A stretch of 63,996 nucleotides of DNA, filler included, from Chiloscyllium plagiosum (GCF_004010195.1; 5 parts of one record of this genome joined end to end with filler, not necessarily neighbours in it); one strand, 5' to 3'. Counted from the whole stretch's first letter, positions 1-12,115 are shown. Made by a program: numbers and translations. The notes: generated from the sequence alone by a model not told the origin.

Positions 1-620
1 TGGAGGGAATCCTGAGGGACAGGATGTACATGTATTTGGAAAGGCAAGGACTGATTCGGGATAGTCAACATGGCTTTGTGCGTGGGAAATCATGTCTCAC
101 AAACTTGATTGAGTTTTTTGAAGAAGTAACAAAGAAGATTAATGAGGTCAGAGCTGTAGATGTGATCTATATAGATTTCAGTAAGGGTTTCAGGGTATGA
201 GGGACTTCAGTTATGAGGATAGGTTAGAGAAATTGGTATTGCTCTCCCTCGAGAAGGTGAAGGAAAGATTTGATTGAAGTATTCAAAATCATGTTCGGTC
301 TATATAGAATAAATAGAAACTGTTCCCATTGTCAGAAGGCTGGGAACCACAGAGCACTGAGGTTACAGTGAGTGATGAATGACGCAAAGACAACTTTAGA
401 AAGCTTTTTTTATTGTCACGTATGGTTAAGATCTATAAGGTATTGCCTAAGAGGGTCAAGGCTTGTTCAATTGTGGATTTTAAAAGGAAATTGAACATGT
501 GTTTCAAAAGAAAAAAAAAATGCAGTGTTTTAGGAAGAAGGGAGGTCAGTGGGACAAGATGTAATACTTTTGTGGAAATAAGATGGGTTGAATGACCTTC
601 TTCTGTATTGTAACTATTCC
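1..620 (+). mobile_element. CR1 LINE fragments: RT segment (1-190) joined to an older 3' end
   Basis: 1-190 encodes ...DSQHGFVRGKSCLTNLIEFFEEVTK...VDVIYIDFSK. 190-620 resembles a decayed CR1 ORF2 C-terminus and 3' UTR. Confidence 0.85.
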
Positions 621-650
621 ACAATTTTATCAAAAGACATTTGAAAAGTA

Positions 651-759
651 AAAAAAACAAAAATAGAAATTGCTGGAAAAGCTCAGCAGGTTCGGCAGCA
701 TCTGTGGAGAGAAATCAAAGTTAACACTTCGGGTTGAGTGACCCTTCTTCAGAACTCTG
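651..759 (-). mobile_element. Short Penelope-like terminal fragment (family A) with hammerhead motif
   Basis: gctggaaaagctcagcagg..ggcagcatctgtggagaga core, shared with 1003-1136, 34320-34390 and ~47790-47880. Carries the hammerhead motif at 716-759. Confidence 0.7.
716..759 (-). ncRNA. Degenerate type I hammerhead ribozyme motif (family A)
   Basis: Minus strand: cagaguu-CUGAAGA-A-GGGU cacuca ACCC-GAAGUGUU-aacuuug. Stem I is 7 bp (one G.U) and stem II is 4 bp. GAAAC is mutated to GAAGU. Confidence 0.65.
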
Positions 760-1002
760 ACAGATGAAACTTAAGTTGGAATCCACTTGGGGTGAGTCTG
801 AGCTGGAGGCAGTCATTTAGATGTGATGAGCCTGTGCAAACGAGTTTTAGCAAATTCCTGGTCAAACACTAGGAGCAACAGTGAAATTAATGATAGCAGA
901 CAAGAAAAAAGATTGGAATGGAAATCCTGTTGGAGAAAGGAGCAGAACATCTTCAAGGTGGGTATGTCTAGAAGAGAAGTGGCTGTGAGTTAAATAATAA
1001 AG

Positions 1003-1136
1003 AAAAATTGAAAGAACTGTGGAGGCTGTAAATCAGAAAGAAAAATAGAGATTACTGGAAAAGCTCAGCAGGTCTGGCAGCATCTGTGGTGAGAAATAGA
1101 GTTAATGTTTTGGGTTGAGTGACCCTTCCTCAGAAC
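1003..1136 (-). mobile_element. Second family A Penelope-like terminal fragment with decayed hammerhead (1101-1136)
   Basis: Minus strand: guu-CUGAGGA-A-GGGU cacuca ACCC-AAAACAUU-aac. The changes from CGAAACG are CpG-type transitions. Confidence 0.65.
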
Positions 1137-1654
1137 GTGGAATTTTTCAAACATAATGTTCTTTTAGCTTGACCTCATTTACACAGCAATCATCTAATCT
1201 GTATTTTGTCTCCAGAGTGCAGTATGAATTAGTGTTGTGGAAGGTGAGGGCAAAGGGTACATTTGACAATTTTGCACTTCAATGTTGCATCTTGGGTTAC
1301 ATGAGCAATTATCATTGTAATGTTGCTGCAAGGACACTGTTTACTAAGGAACGTGCTCCCAGTTCATGGAGAGGACCAGGCTTCATCTCTAGGCTCTTCA
1401 TTCACTGTTGCGTTATTCATTCATTCTGAGCCTACCTGGATGCTCTCAAAATCCTTTGCTTGCCATTATCTGTTTCATCCCCTCAGCCAGAGGTACCTGG
1501 ATCATATTGCTACTATCTTGCAATGCATTTGTCCCCCACACACAAAGTTAGAAAACATGCATTGGCTGTCCTGCACATTGGTCCATCTGACAGCATCATC
1601 ATGGGCGGTACTTATGGCTCTGCTCAGTATTAAATCTTCCAGAATGTTATATAT

Positions 1655-2270
1655 GCATAAATCATTGAAGGTTACAGAACAAATTGAGAATGCCCTTAAA
1701 AAAGCATCCAGTATCTTAAGCTTTATTAATGGGCAGGAAGAATACAATAGTAAAACAGTTATGTTAAACTTAAATAAAAACATTAGGTTCAGACTCAGCT
1801 GGAGTACTCAATCCAGTTCTGGATCCCACAGAGTAGAATTAGAGAGAGTATGGAAAAGATTCATGAGAATTCTTCTCTGGATGAGAACTTTTGGTTATAT
1901 AAATACAATGGAGAAATTGAAACTGTTGCCCTTGAGAAGAGAAGGCTCAGATGAAATCTAATAGAAATATACAAATTCATGAGGAACCTGGACAGAGCAG
2001 GTAGGGAAACATTTGACACATTGGTGGAAAGGTCTGAAACAAGGGGACACAGATTTATAGTTATAGACAAAAGAAGCAATGCAACATGAGAAAATGATTT
2101 TTTGTGCAATGATTTCGAATTGGCTGCCTGAGAGTGTGCTGGAGGCAGAGTAAATTGAGGCTGTCAAGAGGGAATTTAATCATGATCTGGGCAGAAGGTC
2201 AGGGATTGGTACTAAGTAAATTGATCCTTCAGAGACCTAGCACAGATACAAGGGGCTGTGCTATGATTCA
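1655..2270 (+). mobile_element. Old CR1 LINE 3' fragment
   Basis: The C-terminal part of ORF 1320-1961 reads HKSLKVTEQIENALKKASSILSFIN...LERVWKRFMR, the CR1 ORF2 C-terminal pattern. Confidence 0.75.
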
Positions 2271-2278
2271 GTATTTAG

Positions 2279-2665
2279 AGACATAGACATAGAAATGTAC
2301 AGCATGGAAACAGACCCTTTGGTCCAACTCGTCCATGCCGACCAGATATCCTAATCTAATCTAGTCCCATTTGCCAGCATTTGGCCCATATCCCTCCAAA
2401 CCTTCCTATTCATATACCCATCCAGATGCCTTTTAAATGCTGCAATTGTACCAGCCTCCACCACTACCTCTGGCAGCTCATTTCATACACATACCACCCT
2501 CTGCATGAAAAGGTTGCCCCTTAGGTCCCTTTTATATCTTTCCCCTCTCACCCTAAACCTATGCTATCTAATTCTGGACACCCCATCCAAGTGAAAAGAC
2601 TTTGTCTATTATCCTATCCATGCCCTTCATGGTTATATAAACCTCTGTAAAGTCACCCCTCATGG
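2279..2665 (-). mobile_element. CR1 LINE 3' end
   Basis: Closely matches 21225-21600 and 22076-22450 (catagaaatgtacagcatggaaacagaccc...cccatttgccagcatttggccc). Confidence 0.85.
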
Positions 2666-3888
2666 TCAGAATACTGCATCTGCATTCCTCCTTTAATAAG
2701 CTGCCACTGACAATGACAGCTGCTTCCAACCAGATCTGTTTTACATTTGGTTGGTAGTCTCTTCCTACCATTCTCTGGAAAGATGACCTGTCCCTGTCCT
2801 TTACATTCCCAAGCAGCACTGCCTGGTTTCCAACTGAGACCCTGGCCGTTGCCAGGCCCAGAAGCCAGAACTTCAGCTTCCTAATCTATCTTCCCTTGGT
2901 TCAGTTCAATGAAACATGTCCAGAGATTCATCTGCCACCTGCTAGCAGGTGTGAATAGTGGCCACAGCAGGGTTTATGTGGGGGTTTAGCTGGCCTGCAT
3001 CCATTCCCTCTTTCCTGTCTTTTAATTGACTGCCAAACTTAATTATGGGAATGACCCCGCAAATAGTATAACATAAATTGGAACAGAATCATGACCCAGA
3101 ACAAGCCCCCAACTTCTACCTCCTGCCATTATCATGAAAGTCCAGTCATAAATCTCTTCAAGGACCAGATCTAAGACCATATATAGAAAAGTACCTGATC
3201 ATTTGAAAAGTAACTGATCTTTTCTTTCCACATAACAAAGATCACATTTCTCTCTTTAGTTCTGAGCTACAAAAATAAAACCAATTTATCGTGGCTGCTC
3301 CAAATGCTAGAGACTAATAGAATGCCATGAACTGTAAGGTTGGTTTGTCACAAAGCAGGATGCTAGTGAGAGATTGTGATTGAACAATTGGATTCCTGTT
3401 GCAGGATTGTAAGTGTCTAGCTGAGCAACATCATCCTAAGTAGAAGTTCTTTTTATTGCTGATAAATACATACATGAATAAAATCTCAATTGTGCCGAAG
3501 AATGGACCTTTTGAGTAATGCACCACTCTGTGGGTGATTTGATGCAGATTTAAATCAATAATAATAATCCTGTGAGCATTGCTGTTTACAGTTCTTCTAT
3601 GACATAAAGCTACTGTTGTGCAATCAACAATGACAATAGCAATTGCATGGAATGTAAAGTACAGAATAATGGTTGATGCAAGTAAATTATCATTTTGAAA
3701 TACCATATTCACAGTATTCCAGAACTCTACCTAAGTACAAATGACTAATTAAATAGTATGTTGTGTTAGTGACATTGAAGTAACTTGACTCTAACTCATT
3801 TCTATCAGTGTTTAGTTGTGACTTGAGGCTTCCAATTGCAGTGCCCAGATCAGGATTGACAACATCTGATGCAAATTTCCTAGAACTT

Positions 3889-4091
3889 TGTTAAAAATCA
3901 CACAACACTGGGTTATAGTCCAACAGGTTTAATTGGAAGCACACTAGCTTTCGGAGCGACGCTCCTTCATCAGGTGATAGTGTCGCTCCAAAAGCTAGTG
4001 TGCTTCCAATTAAACCTGTTGGACTATAACCTGGTGTTGTGTGATTTTTAACTTTTTACACCCCAGTCCAACACCGGCATCTCCAAATCAC
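3889..4091. mobile_element. Non-autonomous Penelope-like hairpin insertion (family B) with 11-bp TSD
   Basis: ~70-bp inverted arms at 3890-3960 and 3982-4052. Flanked by TCCTAGAACTT at 3878-3888 and 4092-4102. Same sequence as the 3' terminus of the GIY-YIG-coding element at 6522-7713. Confidence 0.85.
3942..3976 (-). ncRNA. Type I hammerhead ribozyme motif, intact core (family B)
   Basis: Minus strand: CAC-CUGAUGA-A-GGAGC guc GCUCC-GAAAGCUA-GUG. Stem I is CAC/GUG, stem II is 5 bp, and stem III is the palindrome AGCU. Confidence 0.8.
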
Positions 4092-5469
4092 TCCTAGAAC
4101 TTGTAATTTTCTCCCAACCCTTCTGTTACTGTAATTCATATCTTCAAAATTGTGATGTAAAACATCTTTAGTGCCCAAGTTTCCAGTCTTCACAAGTTTA
4201 GCCAATTCAAAACAAAACTGTGAGCAGAGTCTTATCAGAGTGATGTGGACTGTGGAGAACTGTGTGGTGGAATCGGGTGAGACGTTCAGCAAGGCTCATT
4301 TCCATGTTGATCTTCAACTCTTTTCTCAAGTCTGAAAATGTGTTGCTGGAAAAGCGCAGCAGGTGGCCTCAAGTAGCCTGGAGAGATTATCAGTAGCCTG
4401 AGGCGAGGTCCCAGTGACACTCGTTGATTGTTTATTAAATGGCTTGTTAATAGCCCAACACACCATGGGGTGTGATTTTATCGAACTTGACATACAAAGT
4501 AGTCATTGGGAAAGCCCAACATAGAAGCTCAACTCACCACCTGCTCCAAACTGCCTTCATGTTGGACACTCGGCATCAACATCTTGGGCATGATCTATGA
4601 GCACTGGCAATATCCATCTCACATTTACAAACAGTGACATTCTGATATATGCCAGCCTCTACGAAACATCCTGACACATGATCAATCCACTTAAGTGGCA
4701 CTTCTGCACTTCAATACTACATTTCAGGCTACTCTGGTAACTATAGTTGTAATGCTCCAACAAGGACTGTCACGGACATGCACTCAGCATAGGAACTGGA
4801 CCAAGCTGCATTTTCAAGCTTTTCTTGCTGGCTACCATAAAGTTTCCTCTCTCTGAGCCTAATTGGATGCTCACTGTGTCACTGCCTTGCAGTGCCTTGT
4901 TTTTTTGTGCACTGCCCTTGCAGCTAGTGATCTAGGGCTCATGTTACTATTGTCTTGCCGTGTTATTTAGCATAGACATTAAGCCAGGAGCTTGCCATAG
5001 CTGTCAGCAATCCTCAGTCCTGTAAAAGGGGATGGCTATCAATCACAAAATCCTTGCACATTAAGTCAAGGGCAGCCTCCAGTACCAGTCCAGGTCCTCC
5101 TCAAGGTGGTCAGAGTCAGGACCATCAGCTCATGAGGAGTCAGATAACAGGCAGCACACCAACTGTGTTGAGTTTTTAATGTCATTTTGTGAGCTGTTTT
5201 GGTCCTGGAATGAGAGTGTGGCAGGTATTACAGAAGATGAAAATGGGTGTCACAGCTTTGCTGTTGATGCAGATGGAGAGGTTTATGAAGTGACTGTGCC
5301 ATGCAGTGGGCATGTAGAATGAGAGTATTGACATACATTGTGATGGGTGAGAGTGAGTGTGGGTGAGTAAGATGTTGCAGTCTTTAATGAGAGTAGTAGA
5401 GCATGAGCTATGGTGAGATGTGGGAGGAGAGATAGATTGAACAAGAAATAATGAGGAGAAGATGGTGAC

Positions 5470-5710
5470 ACTTGTACTACTGAGTAAAGAAGGACATTAA
5501 CCTCTGCCTTATAATGCTGGGTATTTCTTCAGATGGCTGAGACAGCTTTGTAGATGACAATGTCAGAGCAGGTTAGCATGGTTGGTGTCAAGGTCTCCAC
5601 TGCTTGAGCTGGGAGACGAGGAACTTCCAGCTGTGCACCGTCCCATACAGCACAAGTTCTGGGACTATGTTTATTAGACAAGGTGCCAACTTAGCCCCAT
5701 TTGACATCCC
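5470..5710 (-). mobile_element. Possible decayed Myb/SANT-like gene of a PIF/Harbinger transposon
   Basis: The minus strand gives a broken MSNGAKLAP..ELVL.G...RP.HQ frame ending near gttaatgtccttctttactca (VNxLLxS-like). It resembles the remnant at 12790-12975. Confidence 0.35.
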
Positions 5711-6521
5711 TGGGGAAAATATCAGGAACAATGCAGAGTGGCTCTAGACAGTACCTGTTCAGGTTCACATTGAGATTTAAAAGATGACACCAGTGCCAGT
5801 GATGCCAGTGAATTCTGGAATCTCAGGTGAGTAGTATGTTGCTCTGGGAATGGCGTATGGTAAGATGAGGTGGAAGTCAGACACCAATCTCACCATTCGG
5901 GCTGAAACACCAATTAATGCAGTGAGCTTGGTAAGATAAGGTGAGAAAACCTACTCAACCAAGTGGTGAGAATCACTGTGCTAATTTCATGTGACTCTCA
6001 GCCAAAAGAACTGTAAGACTCAGGCCAGAAATCAAGATTTTTGCAGGGTTTAGTAGATAACATGGTTAACCCAAAATGGTACTGGGAGGATGGATCTAGA
6101 ATTCCCAACCTGTTTCCAATAATAGATTTCTGTGAATAGGGAAACAGGTATGGAAGGAGCCTAACACATGGGCAGAAAGAGATCAGAGAAACAAAAGGAA
6201 TATGACTCTGCAAAACCCCAAAGCTGAGAGAGTCATAGTGCCATTCGGCACAGAAACAATCCCTTTGGTCCAATTTGTCCACGCTGACCAAGTTTCCCAA
6301 ACTAAACTAGTTCTTTCTTTTTATTTAAAAACCTTAATTCCTGGTATTATTCTAGTAAATGACCTTTGCACTCTCTCTAGGGTTTTAATGTCATTCCTTA
6401 AATAGAGTACCCAGACTGAGCACATTACTTCAAATGTGGTCTGACCAATGATTTGTAAACATGTAGCATCACTTCCTTGCTTTTATAGTCTTTACCTCTA
6501 CTTATAAACCCAAGGATCCTA

Positions 6522-7713
6522 CAATGATTTGGAGATGCCGGTGTTGGACTGGGGTATACAAAGTTAAAAATCACACTACACCAAGTTTATTTGGAAGCAC
6601 TAGCTTTCGGAGCGTTGCTCCTTCATCAGGTGAGAGTGGAGGGCTCAATCCTAACACACAGAATTTATAGCAAAGAATTACAGTGTGATGTAACTGAAAT
6701 TATACATTGAAAAACTGATTGTCGGTTGAGTCTTTCATCTGTTCGAATATCATGATAGTTTCACTGCTTTCATGTGTAAATCACAAAACGTTTTCTTTTA
6801 AAAAGTTGCATTCTCAGGTTAGCTGTTAACAATGGGTGATAGCTAGACAATATGTTGAAGGTGTTAGTCCCCTGTGTTCTCTGTCTATGCCATGATGTTT
6901 AGATTGATTCTAATTTAAAAAGTGAGATAACGGAGTTTTACATGAATTCATGCAGTTTTTGAGCTCAGAGGTTTACATGAATGCATGCAGTTTTTCAGCA
7001 AAGTACATTGTAACCCTGCAAGTACAAATTCACCCCACAAAACATATGTGTGCATGTGGGTCTTTGTCTGTCTGTGTGTATGGGTACCGAACTTAGCTAT
7101 CAGCCTCTGCTTGGCCACTTTTTGCTGCTGCCTGTCCTGAAGTCTGCCTTGGAGGATGGTCACCCGAAGGTCCGAGGTCGAATGTCCTGGACCACTGAAG
7201 TGTTCCCCAACTGGGAGGGAACATTCCTGTCTGTTGATTGTTGTGTGGTGCCCATTCATCCGTTGTCGTAGCCTTTGCTCAGTTTCCCCAATGTACCATG
7301 CCTCAGGACATCCTTGCCTGCAACGTACAAGATAGATAACATTGGCTGAGTCACATGAGTACCTGCCATGTACAAGGTGGGAGGCGTCCCCACATGTAAT
7401 GGTGGTATCTATGTCCACACTCTGACATGTCTTGCAGCGCTTACCGTGACAGGGTTATATGGAGTTGTGCTGAGAGCCAGGCAGCTTGCTATGAACAATG
7501 ATCTGTTTGAGGTTTGGCAGTTGTTTAAAGGCAAGTAGTGGAGGTCTGGGGAAGGTCTTGGTGAGGTGCTCATCCTCATTGATTATGTGTTGCAGGTCAC
7601 GAAGAACATGGCGTAGTTTTTCAGCTCCTGGGAAATACTGAACAACGAAGGGTACCCTGTCGGTTGCGCTTTTCCAGCAACACATTTTCAGCTCAGTTGT
7701 GTGATTTTTAACT
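6522..7713 (-). mobile_element. Penelope-like element (Neptune-type), 5'-truncated: linker, GIY-YIG endonuclease and hammerhead-bearing 3' UTR
   Basis: DRVPFVVQYFPG...PPLLAFKQLPNLKQIIV (7455-7663) and SCDSANVIYLVRCRQGCPEAWYIGETEQRLRQRMNGH...VGEHFS (7080-7418) fit the PLE linker and GIY-YIG domain. A short inverted end lies at 7695-7713. Confidence 0.9.
6598..6632 (-). ncRNA. Type I hammerhead ribozyme motif, intact core (family B)
   Basis: Minus strand: CAC-CUGAUGA-A-GGAGC aac GCUCC-GAAAGCUA-GUG. Same strand as, and downstream of, the GIY-YIG ORF. Confidence 0.82.
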
Positions 7714-8835
7714 AGGTTCCTATAAGCCTTCTTAACAATTGTTTCAACTTGCCTGGCCACCTTCAAAGAATCATGGACATAAACGCCAAATTCCATCTGC
7801 TCCTGTACTCCCCTCAAAGTTATATCAATGAGCCTGTGTTGTCTCATGTTTCATCTAACAAAATGCATTACCTCTCATTTCTCTTCAATGAAATTCATCT
7901 GCCAGGTGTCTGCCCATTTGGGCAACTTGTCAATATTCTTCTGACGTTGCTCCGCATCCTCCTCACAAATCACTATTCTCCCTCGCTTAGTATCTTCTGC
8001 AAATTTAGAGATTTTGCCCACAACACCTATCTATCAATCATTTACATAAATCAAAAAAAGCAAGAATCCCAAGACCAATCCCACGTGGACAACACTTTCA
8101 ATTCTTACCCAATCTAAGATATATCCATCTATACCGCTACCTACTGTCTGCCAATGCTCTCCAGGGACATCCAACATCTAGTCCCTTCCTGCAAATGTTC
8201 TTTCCTGAGGTGTTATCCAATTCCCTTTGAAAGCCCCAACTTTATCAGCCTCCACCACACACAGAGAGGACACTGGAGATCCTAAATATACACTGAGTTG
8301 AACTGGTTTTCATGTCATTGCTGGTTCTTTTGTCAATTACCTTATGTCAGTGATCATCTTCTGCCAATGGGAACACTCTCTCTCCATCTATTCTGCCCAG
8401 ACCCTTCTTTGTTTTGAACACCTGCATCAAAATCTCAATCTTCTTTCTCCAATCTACCTCTGTGGCTGAGATCCTTCATCCCTGGATCTGTTGCTGCACA
8501 TATTTTCTGACACTCTTGCAAGAGCTGACACCCTTCCTAAAGCAGTGTCCAGAATTGGACAAAATTTGGAGAAAATATTGAGAGACAAATAAAATTAACA
8601 TTAGTAGGAAAAGACAAAATAATTATTTGCCAAGTATTTTGTTCACTCACTTAAAATATTCTAGCAGAAGTAAAGTAAGCAGTCACTGATATTCTAAAAT
8701 TATGTGAAATATTTTAATCCTAAGTACCTAAAATTATTAGGTATTGTAAGTTTAAGTATTATAAAGTTTACTGGCTGTGCTAAATAAAAGAGAAGTGGCA
8801 GACATTTAAGGGGTTACTTCAGAATACACAGAATA

Positions 8836-9248
8836 CCGTACATACTCAAGTAATTGTCATGTAAAAGTCAACCCCTTATTTTTGGTCAAATAACCTGAAA
8901 TTTTCCATACATCCCGTGTAAACGTCAACCCTAGTTCTTCACAGATAACAGATCAATGTTTATGAGCCAGTGTGCCAGCCGTTACGTCCCGCTCCAACTT
9001 CCAGTCTGCCAGTAGCTCTGCTCCGCTCCCTGTCTTCCAATCCGCTGGTGTTATATTCTGCCCCATGTTTTCAGAATTACCATAATTCATTATTTTCTCT
9101 CTTCATTGGTTTAGAGACCAGTTTGGCTTCTGTTATTGATACGGTATGAATTTCAGCGCCTTAAAATAGTATCCATGCAATAGTCGACCTCATAAATTTA
9201 ACTTTAAAAAGTAGTCAAAAAATTTGACTATTACTCGAGTGTATATAG
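8836..9248. mobile_element. Tc1/mariner-superfamily (Tc2/pogo-like) MITE
   Basis: TA on both flanks. Imperfect 24-bp TIRs CCGTACATACTCAAGTAATTGTCA and (reverse complement) CTATATACACTCGAGTAATAGTCA match at 18/24. Internal TIR-like repeats lie near 8859, 8915 and 9175. Confidence 0.6.
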
Positions 9249-9309
9249 TATGTACGTTTTTACTGTAAAAATAATTCAAAGAGAAAATCCATATTTACTG
9301 AAATGAATT

Positions 9310-10090
9310 ATGGGAAGTATCAAGCATATGAAAAAGCTTATAATTGCACAAAGTGGGTGGCAGGTCAGAATATAATAAACGTCTGAGACTGAATAAAAGG
9401 TTAATCAAGAATTGTGAGAAAAAGCTGGCTTTTAATGTTAAAAATGCCTACGAGGTATATGTGCAGGTATTTAAAGGGGACAAGAGCAGGCAAAGTGATC
9501 ATTGGCCCTTGAGGGAACATGAGAATGGAGAGTTAACAGTCGACAATACGGAAATGGCAGTTGAACTGAACTAATATTTTGCTTCTGTCTTCATTGTAGA
9601 AGATGCAAAAACCATTTCAGTAATACCTGTAAATCAGGAGGGAGAGGGGAACGGAACTGAAATTACAATCACCAGGGAAGCAGTATTGAGCAAAATGATG
9701 GAGTTGCAATATGTCAAATCCTGGATGCTCATGGACTTCATCCAAGTATCTCAAAAGAGGTGATTAATGAGGGGTAGATGTGTTGATGTTAATTTCCGAA
9801 ACTTCTCGAAAGGTTCCATCAGACTGAGAAAGTAACAAATATAATCCCTCTATTCAAGAAGCAGAGGGGTGCTGTGGTGGGTGGAGTGAGGCAGGGGACA
9901 GAAACAATAGACAAGTTAGCTTGGTGTCTCTCATGTTATAACCAATAATTAAATCATTATTATTTGAGGACTAACTAAAATTCAAGGCAATTGAAAGATG
10001 AATCATGTTTAACTTATTTATTCGAGTTCACTGAAGGGCTAACATGCATTATAGTTAAAGGGATGCCCATTGATGTGCAAACTTGAATTT
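9310..10090 (+). mobile_element. Decayed CR1 ORF2 fragment (pre-RT region)
   Basis: ENGELTVDNTEMAVELN*YFASVF, followed downstream by the DW.xANI.PLFKK motif. Confidence 0.7.
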
Positions 10091-10185
10091 TAAAAATTCA
10101 TTCTTGGGCTGTAGGCATTCCTGACTGCACCAGCACTTAGTGGACATCCATAAGCCCCCTTGAGAACGTCATGGTGATCTGTTTT

Positions 10186-10515
10186 AGACCATAAGACCAT
10201 AAGAAAGAGGAACAGGAGTGTGCCATTCAGCTTCTTGTAGCTGCTCCTCATTCAATAAGGTCATGGCTGACCTAATAACATTTCTCCGCTTCACTTGCCT
10301 ATGTGAGCCTAATAACCCTTGATTCTCTGACTGATGAAGAATCTTTCTATCTCAACCTTAATAATCTCTGTGCTCTGCAACTCACTGTGACAAGGGGCTC
10401 CAAAGATTCACAGTAATCTATGAGAAGAGGTTCTTCCTCATCTCAGCCTTCAATTGGCACCATTTAATTCTGAGATTGTGCCCTCTTTTCTAGACTCTCC
10501 CATAGAGGAAACTCT
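10186..10515 (-). mobile_element. Old CR1 3' end
   Basis: (agaccata)n tail and a CR1-type 3' region, similar to 13690-13780 and 26965-27435. Confidence 0.65.
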
Positions 10516-10558
10516 CAAGATTGCAGCAGTGTAGGACTCCTGAGCTGGAGTTTGTACG

Positions 10559-11190
10559 GAAACATGGCTCAGGAAGGGCAGGACTGGCAGCTTAATGTTC
10601 CAGGATACAAAAACTACAGAAAAGATAGAAAGGGAGGCAAGAGAGGAGGGGGAGTGGCATTTTTGATAAGGGATAGCATTACAACTGTGCTGAGGGAGGA
10701 TATTTCCGGAAATACATCCAGCGAAGTTATTTGGGTGGAACTGAGAAATAAGAAAGGGATGATCACCTTATTGGGATTGTATTATAGACCCCCCAATAGT
10801 CAGAGGAAAATTGAGAAACATACTTGTAAGGAGATCTCAGCTATCTATAAGAGTAATAGGATAGTTATGGTAGGGGATTTTAACTTTCCAAACATAGATT
10901 GGGACTATCACAGTGTTAAAGGTTTAGATGGAGAGGAATTTTTTAAGTGTGTACAAGACAATTTTCTGATTCAGTATGTGGATGTACCTCCTAGAGAAGG
11001 TGCAAAACTTAACCTACTCTTGGGAAATAAGGCAGGGCAGGTGACTGAGGTGTCAGTGGGTGAGCACTTTGTGGCCAGTGACCATAATTCTATTCGTTTT
11101 AAAATAGTGATGGAAAAAGATAGACCAGATCTAAAAGTTGAAGTTCTAAATTGGAGAAAGGCCAATTTTGACCGTATTAGGCAAGAACTT
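10559..11190 (+). mobile_element. CR1 ORF2 apurinic-like endonuclease fragment
   Basis: YRKDRKGGKRGGGVA...GLYYRPP...VGDFNFPNIDW...SDHNSIRF are L1-EN/APE motifs. Confidence 0.92.
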
Positions 11191-11326
11191 TCGTACCTCT
11201 CCATCTCCATCAGTGACAACCGACTTGACACTGATATTTTTTACAAACCCACTGACTCTCACAGCTACCTGGATTACACCTCTTCCCACCCTACCTCCTG
11301 CAAAAATGCTATCCCATATTCCCAAT
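11191..11326 (+). mobile_element. Penelope-like RT C-terminal fragment
   Basis: YLSISISDNRLDTDIFYKPTDSHSYLDYTSSHPTSCKNAIPYSQ fits the PLE motif T..Y.KPT....YL...S.HP...K..IPYSQ. Confidence 0.85.
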
Positions 11327-11426
11327 NNNNNNNNNNNNNNNNNNNNNNNNNNNNNNNNNNNNNNNNNNNNTTAATTAATTAANNNNNNNNNNNNNNNNNN
11401 NNNNNNNNNNNNNNNNNNNNNNNNNN
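11327..11426. other. Synthetic scaffold linker N44-TTAATTAATTAA-N44 (also 37079-37178, 53546-53645, 61460-61559)
   Basis: The identical 100-bp construct occurs four times, and the 12-mer has stop codons in all six frames. Confidence 0.95.
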
Positions 11427-12115
11427 ATTCCAATGATCCAAAAATGTGAATCCTTCTCCCATACACCAGCTCCTCAGCCATGCATTCATCTGCTCTATCC
11501 TCCTATTCCTGCCCTCACTAGCTCCTATCACTGGGAGTAATCCAGATATCACTACCCTTGAGGACCTCCTTTTTAAATTTCTGCCTAACTCTCTGTAATC
11601 TTCCTTCAGAATCTCAACCTTTTCCCTTCCTATATCATTGGTTCCAATGTGGACAATGACCTCTTGCTGGCCTCTCTCCCCCGTGAGAATATTCTGCACC
11701 GTCTCTGAGACATCCTTGATCCTGGCACCAGGGAAACAACACACCATTCTGCTTTTTCTCTGCTGGCCACAGAAACATCTGTCTGTACCTCTGACTACAG
11801 AATCCCCGAACACAATTGATCTCTTGGAAGCCGATGTACCCCTCGTTGCATTAGAGCCAGTCTCAATACCAGGAACTTGGCTTTTCGTGCTATGTTCCCC
11901 ATAGAATCCGTCACCCCCTACATTTTCCAAAACAGCATCCCAGTTTGAAATGGGTATATCCACAAAAGACTCCTGCCCTTGGTGCCTACCTCTCTTACCC
12001 TTCCTGGAGTTAACCCATCTATGTGACTATATCTGAGTGTTTCCCCTCTTCCTATAACTGCCATCCATCACATACTGTTGCTGTTGCAAATTCCTCATCG
12101 CTTCTATCTGTCTCT
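11427..12115 (-). mobile_element. CR1 ORF1 fragment (SGNH esterase domain)
   Basis: IVFGDSVVRGTD...CFPGARIKDV...IVHIGTNDIG...ISGLLP...WC..EGFTFLDHW. Confidence 0.9.

Larger units (their letters stand above)
6228..8140 (-). mobile_element. Old CR1 ORF2 3' fragment interrupted by a Penelope insertion (6522-7713)
   Basis: The start of ORF 7455-7847 gives GVYVHDSLKVARQVETIVKKAY. CR1 sequence resumes on both sides of the imperfect duplication AGGATCCTA (6513-6521) / AGGTTCCTA (7714-7722). Confidence 0.7.

Noticed and set aside
1320..1961. 213-aa ORF as a host gene
   Set aside because: The C-terminal half is decayed CR1 ORF2 and the N-terminal half has no recognisable motif.
3890..4052. Long hairpin as a miRNA precursor or DNA-transposon MITE
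   Set aside because: The arms match the 3' terminus of the GIY-YIG Penelope element at 6522-7713, and the TSD length varies between copies.
11371..11382. Recurring TTAATTAATTAA palindrome as a regulatory or recombination site
   Set aside because: It is always centred in exactly 44+44 Ns, so it is a synthetic linker.
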